Program-made: the position numbers and the translations under genes
Shown here: piece by piece, positions 16,846 through 27,047 of the stretch
Position numbering within the stretch: position 1 is the first letter of the stretch
How the letters are laid out: each line of letters opens with the position of its first letter
The notes under the pieces: model-generated
What the model saw: the letters and a program-made list of their open reading frames with translations, nothing else
What the model was told of the DNA's origin: nothing
Database searches by the model: none
From: Cupriavidus necator
Lineage (GTDB): Bacteria; Pseudomonadota; Gammaproteobacteria; Burkholderiales; Burkholderiaceae
DNA: 32,000 nucleotides
Reading direction: 5' to 3'
NCBI RefSeq assembly: GCF_016127575.1
Contig: NZ_CP066018.1
Location: 660,001 to 692,000 of the forward strand

Positions 16846-18135
16846 TTAGGCGCACGCAGCATCAAAATCCTCTGCTTCGACGGCCGGACGGCGCCCTGCC
16901 AGCCGGTCGGCCAGCAGGCCGGCGCTGCCCATCGCCAGCGTAAAACCGAGCGCGCCATGGCCCAGGTTCAGCCATAGCCCGGACACCCGCGACGGCCCCA
17001 CCAGCGGCAGGCCGTCCGGCGTGGCCGGGCGCAGCCCGGCCCACGGCTGCAGCTGCGCCAGCGGCAGCTCGGGCACGATGCCCTCGAACAGCGCGCGTGT
17101 CTGTGCCACCAGCGTGCCGACCCGCTCCGGGTCGATGCGGGTGCCGCCGCGCACCAGGTCGGCCATGCCCGCCACCCGCAGTGTATTGCCGATGCGCGCG
17201 TAGACGATCTTGTTGGCAAAGTCCGTCACGCTGATATGCGGCGCGCGCGTGCCGCTGGCCAGCGGCACCGTGATGCTGTAGCCCTTGAGCGGCCACAGCA
17301 TCGGCCGCACGCCCAGCGGGCGCAGCAGCGGCACGCTGCCGATGCCGCCGGCCACGATCACTACGTCGGCCGGCACCACGCCGCTGGCGGTCCGCACGCC
17401 GGTCACGCGCCCACCCTGCTGCACCAGCTCTTGCACGACGGTGCCGAAGCGCATCGACACCCCGGCGTGCGCCCCGTCTTGCAGCAACCGTGCCAGCGAC
17501 AGGCAGAAGCGGTGGCAGTCGCCCACTTCCTCGCTCGGCGTGTAGATGGCGCCGGCAATCTCGTTGCGGATGCCGGCCAGCGCGGGCTCCAGCGCCACGC
17601 AGGCATCGCGGTCCAGCGCCTGCTGCTCGCAACCCAGGCTGGCCTGGTAGTCCAGCAGCCGGCAGGCCGCGTCGAACGCCGCCGCATCGCGGTGCACAAC
17701 CAGTTTGCCGCGCCGCGCAAAATCGAAACCGGCGCCAACATCGTCATGCTGGTGCCGGGCCACGAAAGCCTGCATCAGGTCGCGTGAATAGAACCCCAGC
17801 CGCAGCAGCTTGCGCGTGGTGGCTTCACTGGTGGCGGCATTGCAGGCGCCCATGAAGGCTGCCAGCCAGCGCCACTGCGCCGGGTCGGCCGCGGGCCGGA
17901 AGCGCATCGGCGAATCGCGCCGCAGCAGCCAGCCCGGCACCTTGGCCATCACGCCCGGCCCGGCCAGTGGCGCCACATAGCTGTAGCTGAGCTGCCCGCC
18001 ATTGGCAAAGCTGGTCTCCTCGGCCGGCCCGTCGTGGCGCTCCAGCACCGTCACCTGGTGGCCGTCCTCGGCCAGGCGCCACGCCGTCGTCATGCCGACC
18101 ACGCCGGCGCCCACGATCACTACCTGCATTGCCAT
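16846..18135 (-). CDS. dadA: D-amino acid dehydrogenase (FAD-dependent, DadA family)
   Basis: VVIVGAGVVGMTTAWRLAEDGHQVTVLER dinucleotide fold, PLKGYSITVPL and WAGLRPATPDGLPLVG...LWLNLGHGALGFTLAMGSAGLLADRLAG parallel E. coli DadA. The start could instead be the second ATG at 18129. Confidence 0.8.
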   Translation of the reverse strand: MAMQVVIVGAGVVGMTTAWRLAEDGHQVTVLERHDGPAEETSFANGGQLSYSYVAPLAGPGVMAKVPGWLLRRDSPMRFRPAADPAQWRWLAAFMGACNAATSEATTRKLLRLGFYSRDLMQAFVARHQHDDVGAGFDFARRGKLVVHRDAAAFDAACRLLDYQASLGCEQQALDRDACVALEPALAGIRNEIAGAIYTPSEEVGDCHRFCLSLARLLQDGAHAGVSMRFGTVVQELVQQGGRVTGVRTASGVVPADVVIVAGGIGSVPLLRPLGVRPMLWPLKGYSITVPLASGTRAPHISVTDFANKIVYARIGNTLRVAGMADLVRGGTRIDPERVGTLVAQTRALFEGIVPELPLAQLQPWAGLRPATPDGLPLVGPSRVSGLWLNLGHGALGFTLAMGSAGLLADRLAGRRPAVEAEDFDAACA

Positions 18136-18255
18136 CCCTTGATTGCTTTTTCCCGATCCGGCAAAGCGTAGTGCAGGCGGCGCGGATTGCCCAATGCGAA
18201 TACGTGCCAGAATATGTCATCAGGCTATGGATGCCTGCCCGCTTCCCGGATTGCC

Positions 18256-19236
18256 ATGCGCTTGCGCCAGATCGAAGTCTTCCGCGCCGTGATGCTGACC
18301 GGCACCGTCAGCGAGGCCGCGCGCCTGCTGCACGTGTCCCAGCCGGTGGTCACGCGCGTGCTGCAGCACGCCGAGGCCTCGCTCGGCTTTCGCCTGTTCG
18401 AGCGGGTGCGCGGCCGGCTGCAGGCCACGCCCGAGGCCAATGCGCTCTATGGCGATGTCGAAAGGCTATATGGCGAGATCGAGCGCGTGCGCCGGGTCTC
18501 GGAAAGCCTGCGCCACAAGGGCGCCGGGCGGCTGCGCGTGGCCGCCACCCCCAGCCTGGCCAACCCGCTGCTGGTGCCGGCGGTGCGGCGCTTCTGCGCG
18601 CGCCACCCGGACACGCAGGTGCAGGTGCTGACCCACCATACCGACGAGATCGTCGGGGCGCTGCTGGCCAACCAGATCGACCTGGGCTTTGCCTTTGCGC
18701 CGCCGGGCCACGAGGCCATCGCCAGCGAGCCGGTGGCCAGCGGCCGCATGCTGCTGGCGGTGCCGCGCGGCCAGCCGCTGCCCGCCGGCGGGCGCCGCCA
18801 GGTGGTGCCGATGCAGCGGCTGATGGAGCGCGCCTTCATCGGCTATGACGACAACAGCTCGCTCGGGCTGCTGGTGCGCCAGACCCTGGCCCGGCACGCG
18901 CTGGAGCCGCGCTCGACGCTGGAGGTGCAGACCTATTCGCTGGCGCTGGCCCTGGTCGATGCGGGGCTGGGCGTGACCCTGCTGGACCAGTACACCGCGC
19001 TCAGCGCCAGCCCCGAGCGGGTCGCGCTGCACGACGTGGCGCCAGTGCTGCCGTTCGAGGTCCAGATGCTGCGCGCCAGCCATCGCGCCGGCTCCAGCCT
19101 GGCCGACGACCTGCGCGCGCAGTTTGCGCTGGCCGCCGCGGAACTGGCCGCAACGCTGCCGCAGCGGCTGGAAGCGCCAGCCGCCAGCTTTGACGCCACG
19201 CCCCGGAGCCGCGATCGAGGTCCGCCTGATGTCTGA
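18256..19236 (+). CDS. LysR-family transcriptional regulator
   Basis: MRLRQIEVFRAVMLTGTVSEAARLLHVSQPVVTRVLQHAEASLGFRLFER winged HTH plus a LysR substrate domain. It is divergent from dadA. I chose the ATG at 18256; the track ORF starts at 18187. Confidence 0.85.
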   Translation: MRLRQIEVFRAVMLTGTVSEAARLLHVSQPVVTRVLQHAEASLGFRLFERVRGRLQATPEANALYGDVERLYGEIERVRRVSESLRHKGAGRLRVAATPSLANPLLVPAVRRFCARHPDTQVQVLTHHTDEIVGALLANQIDLGFAFAPPGHEAIASEPVASGRMLLAVPRGQPLPAGGRRQVVPMQRLMERAFIGYDDNSSLGLLVRQTLARHALEPRSTLEVQTYSLALALVDAGLGVTLLDQYTALSASPERVALHDVAPVLPFEVQMLRASHRAGSSLADDLRAQFALAAAELAATLPQRLEAPAASFDATPRSRDRGPPDV

Positions 19237-19318
19237 CTGATGTCCGATTGACAGCCGCGCGCGGCGTGCACCATCATCAAGCCGCCTGCAGGCACAACCT
19301 GCGTGCGCCAAACCGCCT

Positions 19319-20638
19319 ATGTTCGTCCTGACCCTGATCGCCCTTGTCCTTGTCAGCGCCTTTTTCTCGGTCTCCGAGATCGCGCTGACCGCCGCGCGCC
19401 GCACCAAGCTGCAAGTCCTGTCGGAGCGCGGCGATGGCCGCGCCACGCGCGTACTGCGGCTCAAGGAAGAGCCCGGGAATTTCTTCACGATCGTGCAGAT
19501 CGGCGTCAACAGCGTGGCCATCCTGGCCGGTATCCTCGGCGAGAAACATGTATCGGACCTGCTGCTGGAAACGCTGTCGCCCTATATGCAGGTGGTCCAC
19601 GCCCAGCGCGTGGCCAATATCGGCTCGTTCCTGATCGTGACGCTGCTGTTCATCCAGTTTGCCGACCTGATCCCCAAGCGCATCGCCATGACCTTCCCCG
19701 AGCGGTGCGCGGTGGCGGTGATCGACCCGATGCTGACGCTGCTGCGCGTGCTCAAGCCGCTGGTCTGGATCTTCAACGCCGCCGCCGATGCCACGCTGCG
19801 GCTGCTGCGCCTGCCGACCAAGCCGGTCGACCAGATCACCACCGAGGACATCGCCGCGATGGTCGATGCCGGCGCCGAAGCCGGCGTGCTGCACAAGCAT
19901 GAACTCCACCTGATCGAAAACGTGTTCGAGCTCGAGTTCAAGAGCATTACCGCGATCATGACGCCGCGCGACGACGTGGTCTACCTGAGTCTCGACGAAC
20001 CCGCCGACAGCGTGCGCCGCAAGCTGGTCAACCAGCCGCACGCGCAATACCCGGTGTGCGGGCACGACCTCGACGACGTGCAGGGCTATATCGATTCCAA
20101 GGACATCCTGCAGCTGCTGCTGGCCGACGAGAGCGCCACCGTGATCAACAATATCGGCCGCCACCACGACAAGAACGTGCTGGTGATCCCCGACACGCTG
20201 ACCCTGTCCGAGGCGCTCACGCGCTTCCGCGAGATGCACCAGAACTTTGCCGTGGTGATGAACGAATACGGGCTGGTGGTGGGCATCGTCACGCTGGACG
20301 ATATCGTCGGCGCGCTGATGGGAGACATCCTGTATTCCAGCGAGGACGAGCAGATCGTGCGGCGCGACGACAGCTCCTGGCTGGTCGACGGCCTCACCCC
20401 GCTGGTGGACCTGAAGAAGGCGCTGGATCTCGACACCCTGCCCGGCGAGGACTATGTCGACACCGCGGCCGGGCTGGTGATCTATTCGCTCAAGCGCATC
20501 CCGAAGAAATCCGAGTCGATCACCGTGGCGGGCTATCGCTTCGAAGTGCTGGACATCGACCATCACAAGATCGACCAGCTGCTGGTGTCGCGCCTGCCGC
20601 AGGCGCCGGAAGCCGAAGCGCCGCCACGGCTGGCGTAG
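19319..20638 (+). CDS. CNNM/DUF21-CBS-CorC_HlyC (TlyC/CorB-type) membrane protein
   Basis: 439 aa. N-terminal DUF21 helices (FFSVSEIALTAARRTKL), a CBS pair (MTPRDDVVYL...; VVMNEYGLVVGIVTLDDIV) and a C-terminal CorC_HlyC (GYRFEVLDIDHHKIDQLLV). Confidence 0.85.
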   Translation: MFVLTLIALVLVSAFFSVSEIALTAARRTKLQVLSERGDGRATRVLRLKEEPGNFFTIVQIGVNSVAILAGILGEKHVSDLLLETLSPYMQVVHAQRVANIGSFLIVTLLFIQFADLIPKRIAMTFPERCAVAVIDPMLTLLRVLKPLVWIFNAAADATLRLLRLPTKPVDQITTEDIAAMVDAGAEAGVLHKHELHLIENVFELEFKSITAIMTPRDDVVYLSLDEPADSVRRKLVNQPHAQYPVCGHDLDDVQGYIDSKDILQLLLADESATVINNIGRHHDKNVLVIPDTLTLSEALTRFREMHQNFAVVMNEYGLVVGIVTLDDIVGALMGDILYSSEDEQIVRRDDSSWLVDGLTPLVDLKKALDLDTLPGEDYVDTAAGLVIYSLKRIPKKSESITVAGYRFEVLDIDHHKIDQLLVSRLPQAPEAEAPPRLA

Positions 20639-21650
20639 GCGCGACGGCCTGCCGGTAGCGCTCCAGCGTATCCGGCAGCCGGAACCACGCCACATAGCTG
20701 AACGCCACCACCACCGCTGCCGCCGCCACCGCGCCCAGCCGCCATGGCGCCACCGATTCCTTCGGCGCCGGCACGTGCAGCGTGCGGTAAGCCGTGCCGA
20801 GCAGCGCGATCCATGCCAGCCCCAGCGCATAGCCTGCAGCGACATCCGACAGCCAGTGCATGCCCAGGTACAGCCGCGATACCCCGATCGCCGCCACCGC
20901 CACCACGGTCAGTGCCAGCACCGGGATGCGCACGCGCCACGGCTGGCGCAGGCACATCAGGAAGGCCAGGAAGCCATAGGTGACCATGCTGCTGGTGGCG
21001 TGTCCGCTGGGGAAGGAATACGATTCCAGGCCGCTGTAGATGCTGGCCGGGCGCATGCGCGCCATGCCCAGCTTGAGCGCCATCACGCAGGCACGCGCCC
21101 CCAGCAGCGCGGCGGCCCAGTACAGGGCCACGGTCCAGGCGCGCCGCCAGCACAGCCACGCGAACACCGCCACGCCCACCGCCAGGGAAATGCGCGCGCC
21201 GCCCAGTTCGGTCACTGCCACCATTGCGATATCGAGCCAGTCGGTACGCAAGGCACGCAGCCATGCAAACACGATCTGGTCGATGCGCACCACGCCCCCG
21301 CTTTCTGCGACCTCGCCGGCCAGCCAGAACAGGGCGCTGCCGCAGGCCAGCAGCACGGCGCCGGCCAGCAGGACCACCAGCAGCTCGGCCATGTCGCGCT
21401 CGAGCATGCGCAGCGTGAGCGTGCTCAGCCGGCGCGGCTGTGCGGCCACGCGCGCGGACAGTGCGCCGGCCCCCCACACGCGCCACCGGTCCAGCCAGCG
21501 CACCACCGGCCGCAACAGCGCCACCAGCAGCGGCACCAGGCTCAGCAGCAGCACCGTCACCAGCGTGAACAGCGCCAGCAGCCCGAGCGCCGTGCCCGGC
21601 GTGAGCCAGGCCTCGGCGAAGGCGCTCGCGCCTGCCGGCACGTCAATCAC
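20520..21650 (-). CDS. PAP2-family membrane phosphatase with a long N-terminal membrane extension
   Basis: PAP2 motifs KLGMARMRP, FPSGHATS and SRLYLGMHWLSDV. The start is uncertain. The track start at 21716 is a TTG. I prefer the GTG at 21650, which overlaps the upstream stop as GTGATTGA; GTG codons at 21659 and 21641 are also possible. Confidence 0.7.
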   Translation of the reverse strand: MIDVPAGASAFAEAWLTPGTALGLLALFTLVTVLLLSLVPLLVALLRPVVRWLDRWRVWGAGALSARVAAQPRRLSTLTLRMLERDMAELLVVLLAGAVLLACGSALFWLAGEVAESGGVVRIDQIVFAWLRALRTDWLDIAMVAVTELGGARISLAVGVAVFAWLCWRRAWTVALYWAAALLGARACVMALKLGMARMRPASIYSGLESYSFPSGHATSSMVTYGFLAFLMCLRQPWRVRIPVLALTVVAVAAIGVSRLYLGMHWLSDVAAGYALGLAWIALLGTAYRTLHVPAPKESVAPWRLGAVAAAAVVVAFSYVAWFRLPDTLERYRQAVAPTPAVAALRLPAPAAGATPAAGRSCDGRCPALRSDSPPR

Positions 21651-22542
21651 GGGACGCACCCGCGGCGCCGACGATGCGGGCGATATTGGCGCGCGCCGGC
21701 GCCTCGCAGTCGGCAAAGGCGTCGGTCAGGAATAGTCGCGGGCGCTGCGCCAGCTTGCCCAGGAACGCCGCGCGGCGGCGCATGAATTCAGTCTCCAGCG
21801 CCTCCCCCTGGAGACCGGTGCGGGCGGCCAGCATGGCGCGGTTCTCGGCGAACACATCCAGGCTGTGGGCATCGAACATTTCCGAAGCCGCGGCCAGCCT
21901 GAGCAGGTCGAGATCGAGCACGGTGTCGGCGCCGGCAATGCTCGGGCCATGGCCGCGCGTATCGAGCACGATCTGCGCGGCACGCTCCAGCACCGCGCGG
22001 TCCTCGCCGGGCGCCACCGTTTCGATCAGCGCGGCTGAGGCGGCTTCGTTGTGCCCGCACCCCGCCACATAGACCGCGTCGTGGCACAGCACCGCCAGCG
22101 CCTGCGCGCGGTCCAGCGCAATGCCGCGCGCGTGGGCGGTCTCGAACATCTCCAGGATATGGCGGCGGTCGTGGTAGTGCCGGTACGGCGTATCGTGCAG
22201 CGCCAGCACATCGAGCACCGCCTGGCGGGGCAGGAAGTCCAGGCACGCCAGCGCCGCGGGCCAGGCGGGCGCAAAGCGCGGCACCTCGCCCTGCGGCGTG
22301 GCCACCGGTGCGCTGAACACATCGGCGCGGCGCACCCACAGCAATGAGGGATCGCGCATCGCGCGGTAGACCACCACGGGCGCGAGATCGGCCTCGAAGC
22401 GGCCGATGCCGACTGCCGTGTAGGCGCCGCCCTTGTAGTGCCGGTACGGCATGCCGGCGACCAGGTTGGGGTCGGCCGGCAGTTCGGCCGGATCGCCGTG
22501 GAAGGCCGGTGCTGGGGGTTGGCTGGCGGGTGGCTGTGTCAT
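21643..22542 (-). CDS. DUF1653 - HD-superfamily (COG4339-like) fusion protein
   Basis: 299 aa from the ATG at 22542. The N-terminus YRHYKGGAYTAVGIGRFEADLAPVVVYRAMRDPSLLWVRRADVF...VPRF is the DUF1653 signature. The C-terminus PYRHYHDRRHILEMFE...ALAVLCHDAVYVAG looks like the H..HD core of the predicted metal-dependent phosphohydrolase family. Confidence 0.6.
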   Translation of the reverse strand: MTQPPASQPPAPAFHGDPAELPADPNLVAGMPYRHYKGGAYTAVGIGRFEADLAPVVVYRAMRDPSLLWVRRADVFSAPVATPQGEVPRFAPAWPAALACLDFLPRQAVLDVLALHDTPYRHYHDRRHILEMFETAHARGIALDRAQALAVLCHDAVYVAGCGHNEAASAALIETVAPGEDRAVLERAAQIVLDTRGHGPSIAGADTVLDLDLLRLAAASEMFDAHSLDVFAENRAMLAARTGLQGEALETEFMRRRAAFLGKLAQRPRLFLTDAFADCEAPARANIARIVGAAGASRD

Positions 22543-22650
22543 GGTGCGGCATCCTGCGTTGCGGATCGCCATGATAGTGCACCCGGCAGCGCGTCCGGTA
22601 CGCGGGCCAGTGCCGCGGCCCATGCCCGCCGCATGAAAAACCGGCCGCGG

Positions 22651-22687
22651 AAAAAACAAAACCGACGCGCACTGTCGTGGGCGTCGG
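22651..22687 (-). terminator. Rho-independent terminator downstream of tRNA-Ser
   Basis: On the - strand: CCGACGC (22687-22681), a 12-nt loop, then GCGTCGG (22668-22662), followed by TTTTGTTTTTT (22661-22651). Confidence 0.6.
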
Positions 22688-22746
22688 CCTGAGTTTTACT
22701 ACACTGTTGTTGCCTGCCGGTGGTCGATTCCGACAGCTTCTTGTTT

Positions 22747-22836
<90 letters not shown>

Positions 22837-22866
22837 GGTAACTTGTTGCCGTGTGGCGAAACCGAA

Positions 22867-22896
22867 ATTATAGCCATGTCCGGCCAGCCGATGCAA
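22867..22896 (-). promoter_or_regulatory. Sigma70-type promoter for tRNA-Ser
   Basis: On the - strand: TTGCAT (22896-22891), an 18-nt spacer, then TATAAT (22872-22867), about 30 nt upstream of the mature tRNA 5' end. Confidence 0.5.
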
Positions 22897-22926
22897 TAGG
22901 CTGGCAGCGGATTTTTTCGGTTCGCT

Positions 22927-25732
<2,806 letters not shown>

Positions 25733-25792
25733 GCCTTGTGAATGCAGAACGCCACAGTGTAGACCATCGGCGCCCTGCCCCTGCGTGGCACG

Positions 25793-26926
25793 CTAGGCGG
25801 CAAATGCCACCACATCCTCGATCTCGACACGGATGCCGATGCGCTCGCCCACGGCATGGTTGTGGTGGGACGGCACCAGCGCCAGTACGCGGCCGCCGCT
25901 GGCCAGGCGCAGCGTGTACAGGATCTCGGCGCCGCGGAAGGCCTTGTGGACCACCTCGGCGCGCATCGGGCTGGCGTCGTCGTGGATGATGTCATCGGGG
26001 CGCACCAGCACGTCTACGGCGGCGCCAGCGGGCAGCGCCAGCGGCGCCGCGGGGCGCAGCAGGCCTAGTTCCAGTTCAATCTCCGCGGTCTCGCGCAACC
26101 GCCCCGCCATCAGCACGCCCTGCCCGATAAAGCCCGCGACAAAGCGCGATGTCGGCCGGTGGTAGAGGTCGTGCGCGCTGCCCCACTGCTCGATCACCCC
26201 GTCGTGCATGACGCCGATCTCGTCGGCCATGGCAAAGGCCTCGTGCTGGTCGTGGGTGACCAGGATCGCGGTGGTGCCCTGCGCCTTCAGGATCGCGCGC
26301 ACCTCCAGGCTCAGGCGTTCGCGCAGGTCGACGTCGAGGTTGGAGAACGGCTCGTCGAGCAGCAGCAGCTCCGGGCGCGGTGCCAGCGCGCGCGCCAACG
26401 CCACGCGCTGCTGCTGGCCGCCGGAAAGCTCATGCGGATATTTGCGGCCCGCGCCGGCCAGTCCGACCAGCTGCAGCACCTCGTCCACGCGCGCCGCGCG
26501 CCCGGCGCGGCTGGCGCGCACCAGGCCGAAACCCACGTTGGCCGCCACGTCCAGGTGCGGGAACAGTGCATAGTCCTGGAACACCATGCCGATGCGGCGC
26601 TGCTCCGGCGCCAGCATCGCCCCGGACGACGACACGACCTGCCCGTCCAGCACGATGCGGCCGTCCTGCAGCGGCTCGAAACCGGCGATGGCACGCAGCA
26701 CCGTGGTCTTGCCGCAGCCGCTGGGCCCCAGCAGGCAGGCGATATTGCCGCGCGCCACCGAGAACGACAGCCCCTTGACCACCACATGGCGGCCAAAAGC
26801 GTGACGGATATGGTCGACCTCGATGACAGCGGCGCCAGCGCCAGTGACGTCAGCAACGCCTGCGCGGGTCGCCGGCCGGCTGCGGGCCTGGGCGCCGGGC
26901 AAGCGTGAATAGGAATCGGTTCGCAT
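25793..26926 (-). CDS. Fe(3+)/polyamine-type ABC transporter ATP-binding protein (FbpC-like)
   Basis: 377 aa from the ATG at 26926. Walker A GPSGCGKTT, Q-loop, signature LSGGQQQRVALARAL, Walker B LLLLDEPFSNLD and a C-terminal TOBE-like domain. It has an unusual ~35-aa Arg/Ala-rich N-terminal leader. Confidence 0.85.
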   Translation of the reverse strand: MRTDSYSRLPGAQARSRPATRAGVADVTGAGAAVIEVDHIRHAFGRHVVVKGLSFSVARGNIACLLGPSGCGKTTVLRAIAGFEPLQDGRIVLDGQVVSSSGAMLAPEQRRIGMVFQDYALFPHLDVAANVGFGLVRASRAGRAARVDEVLQLVGLAGAGRKYPHELSGGQQQRVALARALAPRPELLLLDEPFSNLDVDLRERLSLEVRAILKAQGTTAILVTHDQHEAFAMADEIGVMHDGVIEQWGSAHDLYHRPTSRFVAGFIGQGVLMAGRLRETAEIELELGLLRPAAPLALPAGAAVDVLVRPDDIIHDDASPMRAEVVHKAFRGAEILYTLRLASGGRVLALVPSHHNHAVGERIGIRVEIEDVVAFAA

Positions 26927-26932
26927 GTGCGC

Positions 26933-26938
26933 ATTATA
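26933..26938 (-). promoter_or_regulatory. Consensus -10 hexamer TATAAT placed 6 nt upstream of the fbpC-like ATG
   Basis: The - strand reads CC-TATAAT-GCGCAC-ATG. The -35 at 17-nt spacing (CTCACG) matches only 3 of 6 positions. There is no Shine-Dalgarno sequence. Confidence 0.35.
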
Positions 26939-26991
26939 GGGACGCGGCCGGGGGCCGTGAGCGCCTTTCGGGGCAAATGCGTGCCCCACAT

Positions 26992-27000
26992 TGCTAGAAT
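26992..27000 (+). promoter_or_regulatory. Extended -10 promoter element TGcTAGAAT for the Fe(3+) permease gene
   Basis: TG-c-TAGAAT at 26992-27000, about 48 nt upstream of the ATG at 27048. It is preceded by the hairpin GGGGCA-aatgcg-TGCCCC (26970-26987). Confidence 0.35.
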
Positions 27001-27047
27001 GCGGCAGCCGCACGCTGTGCGCGGCACTTCCGCCCACTTTCCGACGC

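Noticed and set aside
19277-20845. 522-aa ORF antisense to the CNNM/CorC gene, and the many 60-350-aa overlapping ORFs throughout the track.
   Set aside because: Same reasoning. They are stop-codon-poor alternative frames of real genes, Arg/Ala/Gly/Pro-rich, with no recognisable domains.
22543-22746. A tRNA-Ser-associated genomic island or integration site downstream of the tRNA 3' end.
   Set aside because: There is no integrase, no repeat of the tRNA 3' end and no compositional break. The flanking genes have native codon usage.
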